A stretch of DNA of 64,000 nt, taken from UHGV virus genome UHGV-0351052. The stretch is one strand, 5' to 3'. Positions 40,759-49,805 of this stretch are shown here, piece after piece. Every line of letters starts with the position of its first letter. Within the stretch, counting starts at the first letter, position 1. Origin of the DNA: a virus. The translations under genes were made by a program, and so were the position numbers. Below the pieces are notes generated by a model, which saw only the letters and a program-made list of their open reading frames with translations, ran no database searches and had not been told where the DNA came from.

Positions 40759-41276
40759 CCTTTCATTGAAGGTGTAACAGTTGTTAAATACTTAATCATA
40801 GCTTCAGCTTCTGATTTTGATAATGAAATTTCTTCATTGTTTTGACGAATAGAAATAAAATCCGGATGACGGTCACCACCGGCTTTTAAAACACACATAT
40901 AAGTATCAGTTTCATCTTCAATATTTGAAATGATTGAAGCAGTTCCACACGAATGTGGTTTTTGATAAATCAATACAGCTTTTCTTCCACCGTTTGACTG
41001 TTCATAAACTTTTAATACATCAAACAAATCACTTCTTTTATCAATAGCTAAAATGTTATTTTCATCTTCAATGTTAAATCCTTCGGATACTTCATAAAGT
41101 GTCACCCATAAATCACCTATATCGATAGTAGCATTTTCCTTTCCATGACTTTCAAGAGCATGACAAATTTTCTTAATTTCGTCATAACTCATTTTAATAA
41201 TATCATCTCCTTGAATAAGGAAGATGTCATTTTTAAATTCAACACGAATTAAACCGCTTCCACTTGAAATAAACAT
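40755..41276 (-). CDS. hypothetical protein (173 aa), paralog of next gene
   Basis: C-terminal similarity SKSEAEAMIKYLTTVTPSM vs TKDEAIALKTYLDSVIPTM. Confidence 0.5.
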   Translation of the reverse strand: MFISSGSGLIRVEFKNDIFLIQGDDIIKMSYDEIKKICHALESHGKENATIDIGDLWVTLYEVSEGFNIEDENNILAIDKRSDLFDVLKVYEQSNGGRKAVLIYQKPHSCGTASIISNIEDETDTYMCVLKAGGDRHPDFISIRQNNEEISLSKSEAEAMIKYLTTVTPSMKG

Positions 41277-41282
41277 ATTTCC

Positions 41283-41837
41283 TCACTTTGAAATCATAGT
41301 TGGAATGACAGAATCAAGATAAGTCTTTAACGCAATAGCTTCGTCTTTGGTAAATGTGACAATATGCGCTCGAAAATCATCAATTTGACGAATAGTTAAG
41401 ACATCTCCATCTTCATAGCATTTTGACACATTTAAAATAGTTTCATCATTCTGATTACAGGAGTTAGTAATAATAGCATTGCAATTTTTAAGCCATTTTA
41501 AACTATGTTTTCTTTCATTAGAATAATAAAAATATTTAATCTTAGCTATAAAACTATCCCAATGGATAACTGATAAACACATTGACTCACTTTTAATATT
41601 AAATCCTGGGCATGAAGAATAAAAATGAATTTTGTGCTCATCATTGATGCTTACTATTTTATCAGTATAAGGATATTCAATTTGGGTTAAATGAATGATT
41701 TCACTAGGCGTAAAATACAGCATATCGTCTTCTTGCGTCAAACGATACATATTATTTACTTTTTCTATAGCCAATTCACCAAAAAGTGGACTAACTTCTA
41801 ATACTAATCGTTTCATATTAATCCTTTTTATTGGCAC
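41283..41837 (-). CDS. hypothetical protein (184 aa), paralog of previous gene
   Basis: See previous. Confidence 0.5.
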   Translation of the reverse strand: MPIKRINMKRLVLEVSPLFGELAIEKVNNMYRLTQEDDMLYFTPSEIIHLTQIEYPYTDKIVSINDEHKIHFYSSCPGFNIKSESMCLSVIHWDSFIAKIKYFYYSNERKHSLKWLKNCNAIITNSCNQNDETILNVSKCYEDGDVLTIRQIDDFRAHIVTFTKDEAIALKTYLDSVIPTMISK

Positions 41838-42096
41838 GAATTTGTTCTAAAATTTTAGAGTATTCCTTTGTATCAGATTTACGTACAATCGATACACTAT
41901 AAGGCATACTATCGGTGTCTTTTATAAAGCGTTCCAAATGACACTCTAACAAAATTTCTGGATTATAAATCGTGTACATCAAATTACCTGTTGCTCCACG
42001 ATATTGACAGATTTCTACTGATTGAGCATCATTCCACAATTTTGTTAAAACTAAATCACCTACTTCTAATTTAGGAAAGCCCATGTTATTCACCAA
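41818..42096 (-). CDS. hypothetical protein (92 aa)
   Basis: ORF track. Confidence 0.5.
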   Translation of the reverse strand: MVNNMGFPKLEVGDLVLTKLWNDAQSVEICQYRGATGNLMYTIYNPEILLECHLERFIKDTDSMPYSVSIVRKSDTKEYSKILEQIRANKKD

Positions 42097-42271
42097 TTAA
42101 AGTTTCAATATAAGAATCAAGATTTACTTTAGCTTCTTCCATAAGAGTTTTGTATTTAATCTTGTTAGCATGTCCGGAGAAAGCTGATTCATCAATAACT
42201 GTTGCTGTATGAACAGCTTTACTATACGTCTCAATTAATTCTCTTAATTTAAAAGCCTGCTCACTTGTCAT
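42086..42271 (-). CDS. small helical protein, paralog family member (61 aa)
   Basis: N-terminus MTSEQAFKLRELIE; family pattern M-x-[ST]-x-EQ-x-K. Confidence 0.5.
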   Translation of the reverse strand: MTSEQAFKLRELIETYSKAVHTATVIDESAFSGHANKIKYKTLMEEAKVNLDSYIETLIGE

Positions 42272-42402
42272 TACATACTCCTCTGAATCATATCAATAAT
42301 GTTGTTCACCAGATTATAAGTAAACATTGGGTAATTATATTGAATCATCACATACACAACAAACAAAACTTTCATTCTCTTCTCCTTGGCAGTTGACAAG
42401 AT

Positions 42403-42433
42403 TACTATACCATAACCTTGCCAACTTGTAAAC
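42403..42433 (-). promoter_or_regulatory. T4-type early promoter
   Basis: attactatacca -10 region and gtaaac 42428-42433. Confidence 0.5.
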
Positions 42434-42435
42434 CG

Positions 42436-42609
42436 TTAAATGTTGTTTTCAATAAAATTCTGAAGCTTTGTGTGAGCATCAACCATGATTTTCATTTCTT
42501 CTTTGGCGAAAGCTGTACCTCTTTCCCGAGCAGAATACTCATAGTCAGAAACTGCATTAGCATATTCTTCAATTAGCTTCATTAAAAACATCTGCTTTTC
42601 AGTTTTCAT
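42436..42609 (-). CDS. small helical protein, paralog family member (57 aa, not in ORF track)
   Basis: Hand-translated MKTEKQMFLMKLIEEYANAVSDYEYSARERGTAFAKEEMKIMVDAHTKLQNFIENNI. Confidence 0.4.
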   Translation of the reverse strand: MKTEKQMFLMKLIEEYANAVSDYEYSARERGTAFAKEEMKIMVDAHTKLQNFIENNI

Positions 42610-42793
42610 TGTTCCACCTAATCATTTCAAGATATTGAACTAACTTAGCTTTAGATTTATCCAAATCCTTTTTAGCTGCTTCTATACCGTCGTATGAATA
42701 TCCTTCACAATGCTCAACTGCTAATTGGTATGAATCTATTTCAATATCACGTGCTAATTTAATGATTTTTTCAAACTGTTCACGTGTTAGCAT
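42599..42793 (-). CDS. small helical protein, paralog family member (64 aa)
   Basis: MLTREQFEKIIKLARD. Confidence 0.5.
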   Translation of the reverse strand: MLTREQFEKIIKLARDIEIDSYQLAVEHCEGYSYDGIEAAKKDLDKSKAKLVQYLEMIRWNNEN

Positions 42794-42795
42794 AA

Positions 42796-42999
42796 TTAAA
42801 CTCTCGTATTATGATCGATAATTTCATCAAGAAACATATCTAACGCTTCTATAGCATTATCCACTTTAGTTTCAAAGTCTTTAATGCCTTTATTCGAAAT
42901 ACCCGATGAATACCAAGCAAAGTCAATCAGCTCTTCATCTGCTTTGCGAATTGAAGCCACTAATTCCTTAATTTTATCCGCTTGTTCGATACTAATCAT
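42796..42999 (-). CDS. small helical protein, paralog family member (about 67 aa)
   Basis: Internal start [16 protein letters not shown]. Confidence 0.45.
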   Translation of the reverse strand: MISIEQADKIKELVASIRKADEELIDFAWYSSGISNKGIKDFETKVDNAIEALDMFLDEIIDHNTRV

Positions 43000-43187
43000 T
43001 ATTCCACCACATATGAAAGAGAGAATATTGCACACGCCATGTGAGTTGCAACTTCATCACACATATTATAACGTTTCTTAAGAAGTTCTACAAGTTCTTC
43101 ACTAGTGACTTCATCCATGTCGACGAAAAAATCACCATTAATGATGACGTAGATATTTCCTTCTTGATTAAGTGCTTCAATTTTCAT
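42999..43187 (-). CDS. hypothetical small protein (about 62 aa)
   Basis: Start [10 protein letters not shown] with AGGAG Shine-Dalgarno; ORF track gives longer 42999-43232. Confidence 0.45.
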
Positions 43188-43212
43188 GATGTTCTCCTCT
43201 TTATCCGATGGT

Positions 43213-43245
43213 TGTATAGTACCACGGCTCAAACGGAAAGTAAAC
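43213..43245 (-). promoter_or_regulatory. T4-type early promoter
   Basis: gttgtatagtaccac and gtaaac 43240-43245. Confidence 0.55.
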
Positions 43246-43260
43246 CGGTAAAATGAAAAA

Positions 43261-43278
43261 AGTCTCCCGAAGGAGACT
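43261..43278 (-). terminator. UUCG-tetraloop hairpin terminator
   Basis: agtctcc-cgaa-ggagact. Confidence 0.6.
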
Positions 43279-43282
43279 AATG

Positions 43283-43669
43283 TTATTCGAGGGAAAGAAG
43301 ATACTTACTCTGGTAAAACATTCCAGTAATATCATCTATCGTGCTTTGGATGGCTGGAGGCATTTCTTTATAAATGCTGTTAGATTGGTCTAGTATGCGA
43401 TCAATCATTTTAATTGTGTCGGTAGGAAGTTTACTGGCATCTGGAATTGAAGGTGTGTATTTTCTACCAGAATACCCCAAATATTGCTCACCAAATTTAT
43501 CAATCAAATCTGGCAACTCGGAGAAAATAAAATCGTATGCTTTGTGTCTAGCATAACTTTTAGTTTCAAAATGTGCAGAATGAAAATAAGCTTGTGCAGC
43601 CATTAATAAACCTAAGTATTCATCTGCCTTTGAAGGTTTTCCACTTTGTGAAAAGTCGCTGAATTTCAT
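43283..43669 (-). CDS. hypothetical protein (rI.-1-like, 128 aa)
   Basis: ORF track; position. Confidence 0.5.
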
Positions 43670-43959
43670 TCAGTCTCCAATTTAATATTCATAATTCTAG
43701 CGTATGATTGTGCCATCTCCGCGCCTCGTTCTATACATTCAAAATCAGAAGAGCACGGGTCATTTTTATAGGTCGTTCTCATAAAACTATAGAATTGTTC
43801 AGACGATTCTACGCTTTTATTTTCAAAAAGCATATAAACGTGTCTAATACCAGATTCCATAAATTTATCAAAATGAGGATCGACATTCGCTTCAATCGAT
43901 GGAGATAAAGCAAACGCTAATCCTAGCATGGCAAATAGTGCCGTTGCTTTTAAGGCCAT
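43666..43959 (-). CDS. rI: lysis inhibition antiholin RI
   Basis: 97 aa with N-terminal signal-anchor; matches T4 RI from memory. Confidence 0.7.
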   Translation of the reverse strand: MALKATALFAMLGLAFALSPSIEANVDPHFDKFMESGIRHVYMLFENKSVESSEQFYSFMRTTYKNDPCSSDFECIERGAEMAQSYARIMNIKLETE

Positions 43960-43971
43960 AAAGGCCTCCTA

Positions 43972-44184
43972 TCATTTTTGCCCTGTATTTACTTTATGCC
44001 GATGCACGGCCTTAACTTTATCAAGGTATTTTTCAAAATTTCGCAATCTAGTATAGTCTGCCGGAGATTGGTTGAGTGATACTTCTCGACGCAAAGCTGA
44101 AATGATATTTCCAACTTCCCTACGAATTTCATCTAATTGAAGCACAGTAAGATTGCGAAGTTGCTTTTCAGTTAATTGTAGCAT
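43972..44184 (-). CDS. hypothetical protein (rI.1-like, 70 aa)
   Basis: ORF track. Confidence 0.5.
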
Positions 44185-44226
44185 ATATACCCCTTTAGTT
44201 AGATAAACCTATTTATAACTTTTGCA

Positions 44227-44808
44227 CTAACCGAGCTTTTTAGTTAATTCATTCCAATGTTTTCTACACAAAGAAACATAAATTTCATCACCAATACAGA
44301 TTTGATTACCTTCTTTAACGGGTGTTCCATCTTCCATTAATCGAGCTGTCATAATCGCTTTTTTACCACAATGACAAACTGCCTTTAGTTCAATAAGTTT
44401 ATCTGCGATCGCCAAAAGTTCTTTAGAACCTTCAAACAATTTTCCAGCGAAATCAGTCCTTAATCCATAAGCCATAACAGGAACATTATATGTATCAACA
44501 ATTCGGCTCAATTGATGCACCTGTTCAGTTTTTAAAAACTGGGCTTCATCTACAAATACACAATGAATATCTTTTTGTGCTTCAGCCCATTTATAGAACT
44601 CAAAAATATCCATATCATCTGTAATAATATTTGCTTCCTGCCTAATTCCAATGCGAGAAACGACTTCACAGACAGAATCGCGAGTATCAATAGCAGGCTT
44701 AAGAACTAATACACTCATTCCACGTTCTTTATAATTATGTGCAGCAGTCAAAAGAGAAGCAGATTTTCCAGCATTCATTGCTGCATAAGTAAAAATTAAA
44801 CTCGCCAT
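44227..44808 (-). CDS. tk: thymidine kinase
   Basis: 193 aa; Walker A NAGKSA; matches T4 Tk. Confidence 0.9.
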   Translation of the reverse strand: MASLIFTYAAMNAGKSASLLTAAHNYKERGMSVLVLKPAIDTRDSVCEVVSRIGIRQEANIITDDMDIFEFYKWAEAQKDIHCVFVDEAQFLKTEQVHQLSRIVDTYNVPVMAYGLRTDFAGKLFEGSKELLAIADKLIELKAVCHCGKKAIMTARLMEDGTPVKEGNQICIGDEIYVSLCRKHWNELTKKLG

Positions 44809-44809
44809 C

Positions 44810-44998
44810 TTAGTCCTTAGTTAAATTTTCTAAATATGTTTTTAAATCATTTTCAGCTTTATCGATAGATTTTACTAATTCGTAATATGTTTCGGCATCT
44901 CCATATTCAGAAGATATTTCAAAAGACAAATCCTTTTCTAAACTAATAATTTCACCAACTAAAAATAATATTTCGTTCTTTTGTTCGCGAGTAATCAT
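44810..44998 (-). CDS. small helical protein, paralog family member (62 aa)
   Basis: MITREQKNEILFLVGE. Confidence 0.5.
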   Translation of the reverse strand: MITREQKNEILFLVGEIISLEKDLSFEISSEYGDAETYYELVKSIDKAENDLKTYLENLTKD

Positions 44999-45180
44999 AA
45001 GGAATTTATATAATCAATAAGTTCTTGTTCTTTATTATCGAATTCTTTAGAAAGTTCTTCGTACTCGTTTGCACTAAAAGGACCGCATTCATTACAAACT
45101 TTTTCCAATTCACTATTTTTATCCATAACTTCGTGGATAAGAGAAAAGAGTCTGTCTTTTTGTTCTTTGCTTAGGCTCAT
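44995..45180 (-). CDS. small helical protein, paralog family member (61 aa)
   Basis: MSLSKEQKDRLFSLIHE. Confidence 0.5.
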   Translation of the reverse strand: MSLSKEQKDRLFSLIHEVMDKNSELEKVCNECGPFSANEYEELSKEFDNKEQELIDYINSL

Positions 45181-45346
45181 ATATTAATTTCCAGAAGTTT
45201 TAAAATAATTCGCTTTTGCTTAAATATTTCCATAGTTAAATGATCAGTATCTTTTTGGCCAATTCCAATGGCAAAACCTTTATTAGCAGCGAGTTCAATT
45301 AAATTATCAAGTTCACGTGACACTTCATATTGTAACTCAGAACTAT

Positions 45347-45559
45347 TCATTTCGGTTTACCTTCTTTAACGAAATCTGGATAAGGATAAAATCCCGAATA
45401 AAATCCTTCACCTTTATGATTGATGCATCCTTTATTAGAACAATAGCACCAATAATCGAAATCACAAGCCATTTCATCGTTGCATAAAGCAAAAACAACT
45501 GGCCATTTACACTTTTCACAATGGGCATTTTTAAGAATACTAGTTTGGCTCATAACCAT
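45347..45559 (-). CDS. Cys-rich small protein (70 aa), possible zinc binding
   Basis: Nine Cys including CEKC and CxC pairs. Confidence 0.45.
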   Translation of the reverse strand: MVMSQTSILKNAHCEKCKWPVVFALCNDEMACDFDYWCYCSNKGCINHKGEGFYSGFYPYPDFVKEGKPK

Positions 45560-45777
45560 GTCACCTTTAAGCAGTATTCTTCTACATGTTGTTTACGACC
45601 TTTCTTATCAATAAAGGTATATTCAACGAATGTTCCAATGTAGTCTTTATCTACATCATGTGGACTATTAATTGGACATTTAGTACGGCAAATGCGTTCC
45701 CATTGACGAATAATTACTGCCTTATTCTTTGGGTCATATGGATGTGGATAATGTATATTCATAATAATGGTTCCCAA
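45550..45777 (-). CDS. hypothetical protein (75 aa)
   Basis: ORF track. Confidence 0.5.
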   Translation of the reverse strand: MGTIIMNIHYPHPYDPKNKAVIIRQWERICRTKCPINSPHDVDKDYIGTFVEYTFIDKKGRKQHVEEYCLKVTWL

Positions 45778-46226
45778 TCAACAATCACAATTTCTAATTT
45801 AGAGGAATATGTATCTAAAATCCCCTCAATAATATCCCAGTTCCCTTTACCTATGCCTGCACCAATCCTAGGCATATAGATTGTAGGTTTAATCAGTTTA
45901 TTTTCACCAAACTCATTTAATTCTAACATACAATTCATTAAAGCGGAATACTCAAAATTTGGCCCTGGTTGAAATTGAGTATAAAGATTGAAGCAGTAAG
46001 CTTTATGAGTCCTAAAGTATTTTTCATAGACTGAATAAGAACCAAGTTTAGTTACATCACCCCATTCAGTCTGTAATTTATCAGCTTCCAAAATTTTAGG
46101 GAAAGCTTTGGTTAATTGACCTGCGACTCCAGCTTTCATCGTATGAAAACAATTGCATCCATGCGCAATATTTTTACCTTCAGCGAAAAGGGCGACAATA
46201 TCGCCCTTGATATATTTTACAATCAT
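45759..46226 (-). CDS. macro-domain-like protein (putative ADP-ribose binding/hydrolase)
   Basis: GDIVALF...NIAHGCNCFHTMKAGVAGQLTKAFP and IGAGIGKG motifs resembling macro-domain signatures. Confidence 0.5.
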   Translation of the reverse strand: MIVKYIKGDIVALFAEGKNIAHGCNCFHTMKAGVAGQLTKAFPKILEADKLQTEWGDVTKLGSYSVYEKYFRTHKAYCFNLYTQFQPGPNFEYSALMNCMLELNEFGENKLIKPTIYMPRIGAGIGKGNWDIIEGILDTYSSKLEIVIVDWEPLL

Positions 46227-46570
46227 TTAGTACTCAATCCTCGATTATAAGAATCTACCAAACGGTCAACCATTGAATGACAAGCGGCTTTATCTTTCTC
46301 CTCCGCAACTGAACATTCTAAGGTATTCCACTTTTTAGCATATCGTTTTAATAATGTATCGTTTTTGTATCTGCTTGATTTATCTCTTTCTCCATCTTTA
46401 TATGCATATATTAATTTCTGCGCAAATTCAGCTTGGCATGCTTTATTTTTCCCACAATAATCTGCCGCAGTGCGATTTACATATTCTCTAATTTCAGTAT
46501 ATGATGTATCTGCTGACGCAGAAGCAGAAAATGAAATTAATCCTATACATAAAACCAAAATTTTAGTCAT
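46223..46570 (-). CDS. vs: Vs-like protein (valyl-tRNA synthetase modifier), signal peptide
   Basis: 115 aa, the T4 Vs length, in the tk-regB interval. Confidence 0.5.
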   Translation of the reverse strand: MTKILVLCIGLISFSASASADTSYTEIREYVNRTAADYCGKNKACQAEFAQKLIYAYKDGERDKSSRYKNDTLLKRYAKKWNTLECSVAEEKDKAACHSMVDRLVDSYNRGLSTK

Positions 46571-47108
46571 TTACTATTTCCAAAAGTTTATTATTTTTAA
46601 GGTAATTAGCCTTTTCTAGGACTTCAGAAGCATATTTAGAACCAGCTTTAACATTCCATCCCGAATTATAAGAGGATATTGCTTTTCTTATATCGCCCTT
46701 ATGTATATTTAACCAATAAGAAAGTTCAATGTACGCCCAGGAAGCTGAATTGGATCGTTTATTCAACATTCTTTTTATTTCAGCATCGGTCATATTATAA
46801 CCAAGTTCCTTAACTCTCGCTCGCATAGTAGGCAAATAATTTTGGAACATTCCGTAGGCGTGATGCTTTGGTTTAGATTTTAAATTAACTCCGCCAGAGC
46901 TTTCTTGCCATAAAATGGCTGCCATTATATGACCTAATCCACTCTTGTGGATGTTTTTGTGTGTTTTATATTTTCCATCCTTAGAAAATTGTTCCCCGAA
47001 TTGATACGCGTAACGCATGTTATCGAGTTGGACATTACTGAAAGTATGCTCGGAGCTATGTGCCATCATTGAAATGGCCAATAGACCAGCGAGTAGTGCT
47101 TTTCTCAT
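46563..47108 (-). CDS. lytic-transglycosylase-like secreted protein (vs.1-like)
   Basis: Signal peptide plus QESSGG motif (catalytic Glu-Ser of SLT-like folds). Confidence 0.5.
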   Translation of the reverse strand: MRKALLAGLLAISMMAHSSEHTFSNVQLDNMRYAYQFGEQFSKDGKYKTHKNIHKSGLGHIMAAILWQESSGGVNLKSKPKHHAYGMFQNYLPTMRARVKELGYNMTDAEIKRMLNKRSNSASWAYIELSYWLNIHKGDIRKAISSYNSGWNVKAGSKYASEVLEKANYLKNNKLLEIVND

Positions 47109-47115
47109 GCTTACC

Positions 47116-47577
47116 TCATTGAGTTTTAATTACTGCTTTAGAAGCCTTTCCTGGTAAACGACGACTGTTGATAATTGCCATCCTACATTGAAGTGACGGG
47201 TCTTTGAACTTCGCGTTAGGTTTACAAACTGTAAATCCAAGCCAAAGATTTCCATCTGTGATTTCTAAACGTCCAGGACGATATTCAACCCCATCAATAA
47301 AATCCTCGTCAATGTCAGGACGCGGAGGCATACTCAGGAATTCATTAACTTCTAAAACATGGTCTTTTATTTTATGGAATAATTCAAAAACATATGTCTC
47401 ATCAATCTCCCGTTGAATTGCGCGATCAAGAAGATGTTGAGAATATTTTAGATGAAACGATGAGACCCCTGCTGCTTTTGATGCCTCACGAATCTCATTG
47501 TTGATTTGACGAAACTCCGACTCAAAGTGACGACGAAGCTTATTTCGACGGATAAAAACTTCTGTATTGATAGTCAT
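47116..47577 (-). CDS. regB: endoribonuclease RegB
   Basis: 153 aa essentially identical to remembered T4 RegB. Confidence 0.85.
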   Translation of the reverse strand: MTINTEVFIRRNKLRRHFESEFRQINNEIREASKAAGVSSFHLKYSQHLLDRAIQREIDETYVFELFHKIKDHVLEVNEFLSMPPRPDIDEDFIDGVEYRPGRLEITDGNLWLGFTVCKPNAKFKDPSLQCRMAIINSRRLPGKASKAVIKTQ

Positions 47578-47604
47578 GTTATTCTCCTCTTAACTGATAG
47601 AAAA

Positions 47605-47634
47605 ATTATACCACAGTCAAGAGGAAAAGTAAAC
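47605..47634 (-). promoter_or_regulatory. T4-type early promoter upstream of regB
   Basis: attata (TATAAT) 47605-47610, gtaaac 47629-47634. Confidence 0.55.
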
Positions 47635-47636
47635 AG

Positions 47637-47957
47637 TTATTCTTTAAATCTAATCAATTTATTCATAGACTTTGAAACTTCTGCACGAACCTCATGTAGA
47701 TTTTTGAGCTGTTCAAGACGCTGCTCATAGTAAGCAATTTCATCTTCTTCGAGACAGTCCTGTGAATCTTCTTTAAGATAACGTGCATAGTCCTGGAAAG
47801 CATTACGAACTACTTCCTGGAAGTCATCAAGACTTTGAATTTTCTTAGGAGCAACAGATACACGACGAGGGGCAGTATAATACTCATAACCAAACCCTGC
47901 GCTTAATTGAGCCATTAGTATTTTTCCTCTGGTTGGAACACTGCGCGACAAGCCCAC
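47637..47957 (-). CDS. hypothetical protein (vs.3-like, 106 aa)
   Basis: ORF track. Confidence 0.45.
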   Translation of the reverse strand: MGLSRSVPTRGKILMAQLSAGFGYEYYTAPRRVSVAPKKIQSLDDFQEVVRNAFQDYARYLKEDSQDCLEEDEIAYYEQRLEQLKNLHEVRAEVSKSMNKLIRFKE

Positions 47958-48181
47958 ATACTGGCTTCTTTGAGTTTCGTTTTAGCAATAGCTAACTGAT
48001 CGAGGCTTTCAGCATAATTCTTCGCGAGTTCAAAGTCTTCGCAATCATCCCACGCTTCCCAGAATTCATCGTATAAAGCATCAAAGATAAGTCCTAAACG
48101 AACTTCAGCGTCTTTGATAGCATTCACTTTACCGATTTTCTCTTCAGTATGTGGTTTATAACCCTTAATATCTTCAATCAT
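47915..48181 (-). CDS. Vs.4-like protein, candidate Acb2-type cyclic-oligonucleotide sponge
   Basis: Position (second ORF upstream of regB) and size match T4 vs.4, which I recall as the T4 homolog of anti-CBASS Acb2; sequence itself not verified. Confidence 0.4.
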   Translation of the reverse strand: MIEDIKGYKPHTEEKIGKVNAIKDAEVRLGLIFDALYDEFWEAWDDCEDFELAKNYAESLDQLAIAKTKLKEASMWACRAVFQPEEKY

Positions 48182-48395
48182 ATTTGACTTCCTCACCAGT
48201 ACATAAATCGTATTCAACTAAACGAATAGGTTCATGAATGCCATATCCCTGAACAGAAATTTCTGTCGTGGGATAAATTCCATCAATATCGCCCATATTC
48301 CACGCTTCATTAAATTGCTGTTCGCCTGAATTACTAAACCATTCGGCGAAAGCATTTAGCACATCTTCAGAACCTTCAATAATTATCTTTGCCAT
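48174..48395 (-). CDS. hypothetical protein (73 aa)
   Basis: ORF track. Confidence 0.5.
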   Translation of the reverse strand: MAKIIIEGSEDVLNAFAEWFSNSGEQQFNEAWNMGDIDGIYPTTEISVQGYGIHEPIRLVEYDLCTGEEVKYD

Positions 48396-48757
48396 TACAA
48401 ACTCTCGGTAAAGGTACGAGCGATAACGTCGCGCTGCTGTTCCGGAGTCAGAGAGTTAAAGCGAACTGCATAACCGGATACACGGATGGTCAGCTGCGGA
48501 TATTTTTCCGGATGCTTAACTGCATCTTCCAGAGTTTCACGACGCAGAACGTTAACGTTCAGGTGTTGACCACCTTCAATTTTAACTGTAGGCTGTTGCT
48601 CAATTTCAATTTCACGGGCATGCAAACCGTAGAAAATTTCTGGGTCTACAAAAGAGTCCTCTTTAAAGGTTTTAGAGACAATAATTCGTGCTTGAATACC
48701 ATCTTCAAAATAAATAGTACCTTTATGTGTGCCTTCAAGAATTTGATATGCTTTCAT
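48395..48757 (-). CDS. autonomous glycyl radical cofactor GrcA/YfiD-like protein
   Basis: C-terminus [60 protein letters not shown] with glycyl radical motif RVSGY; coding DNA for this half is GC-rich and host-like. Confidence 0.8.
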   Translation of the reverse strand: MKAYQILEGTHKGTIYFEDGIQARIIVSKTFKEDSFVDPEIFYGLHAREIEIEQQPTVKIEGGQHLNVNVLRRETLEDAVKHPEKYPQLTIRVSGYAVRFNSLTPEQQRDVIARTFTESL

Positions 48758-48764
48758 ATAAACC

Positions 48765-49145
48765 TCAATTAGAAAATAAATTTATCCAAGATTGTTCTTT
48801 AATTAAAAATGGCTCAGAATCATATGCCATTAAACTCTGTGTGATTAGTCCTTTAAAAGGCCCATCAATAAATTCCATGGTAAAATATGGAATTTTATTC
48901 ATTAGCCGTGCATTAGGAGCAGTGCACAAAACTCTGCATCCTTTGAATACACCTTTTTGTAATTTGTATTGCTTGGGATAAAATTCGCTCAAAATGTTAT
49001 TTTTTGCCAAAATTTCAAAATGATTCACCAATTTATTTTTAATAGTTTTTGGCGAAAAATAAAGATATTCGAAAAGCTGAGTGTCTGTCATCATTGCATT
49101 CCGATTACGAAAAACTGTGGACGAGTAATACCACCAATGCAACAT
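48765..49145 (-). CDS. hypothetical protein (126 aa), possibly 3-prime part of a split gene
   Basis: ORF track; overlaps next ORF by 55 nt in another frame. Confidence 0.4.
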   Translation of the reverse strand: MLHWWYYSSTVFRNRNAMMTDTQLFEYLYFSPKTIKNKLVNHFEILAKNNILSEFYPKQYKLQKGVFKGCRVLCTAPNARLMNKIPYFTMEFIDGPFKGLITQSLMAYDSEPFLIKEQSWINLFSN

Positions 49146-49678
49146 TTAATATTACAGCAGCAGTGTACAGTGTCAATATGGACACTATAAATCTTATCCA
49201 TATCAGGAGATTTGACAGGCTCATCAATTATATACAAAATTCGCGAAAGCGATAAACCTCTGAACTTGCTTCCTTTATTACCAATAAAACTGCGCACAGA
49301 ATCAGTAAATAAACGAAAACGTATATCATCATTAGAATAACGCGAAAATTCCTTTTTAATATTATCTGCGGAAATTTTAGCGTAAGCTGAAGTATTAGAA
49401 AGAACAATAACTGTTCCACCGTCATACAACCAATTAGCGGCAAAATTAGTTACTGCAGTTGATTTACCGGATTGACGTCCACCATCTATACGAAGTGTGC
49501 AATACTGTTTAAGTAAGTCTTCAAATGGTGGGATATAATCGTTTTTACAAATTTCTTCTACTCTAGCATCAGAATGGTGTGTAAAAGCATTCATCAGGGA
49601 TAGATAAGGACCAGTTAAAAATGTTCTCATTTTGTTCTCTCTAGGTTTGGGCCATTCCATGGCGCATGAATTGTCCAT
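49091..49678 (-). CDS. P-loop NTPase-like protein with terminase-like Walker A (GGRQSGKS) and Walker B (YIIDE); possibly truncated
   Basis: Motifs read from translation; odd Cys-rich C-terminal tail suggests frame disruption. Confidence 0.45.
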   Translation of the reverse strand: MDNSCAMEWPKPRENKMRTFLTGPYLSLMNAFTHHSDARVEEICKNDYIPPFEDLLKQYCTLRIDGGRQSGKSTAVTNFAANWLYDGGTVIVLSNTSAYAKISADNIKKEFSRYSNDDIRFRLFTDSVRSFIGNKGSKFRGLSLSRILYIIDEPVKSPDMDKIYSVHIDTVHCCCNIKCCIGGITRPQFFVIGMQ

Positions 49679-49787
49679 TTCTGTATTTACCCATTACCGC
49701 ACTTGGGCTCGACCTTATTACAGGTTGGCGGGAATCCCTCACAGAATCATGAGGTCCAGGTTGTTCCCATGTTATTTGAATGTAAAT

Positions 49788-49805
49788 AGGCCTATACTTA
49801 GGCCT
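49788..49805 (-). terminator. hairpin downstream of ipIII
   Basis: aggcc-tatactta-ggcct. Confidence 0.45.

Noticed and set aside
45343-45528. 61-aa ORF in alternative frame to 45347-45559
   Set aside because: It overlaps the Cys-rich 70-aa ORF almost completely on the same strand; the Cys-rich frame has more protein-like composition, so only that one was kept.
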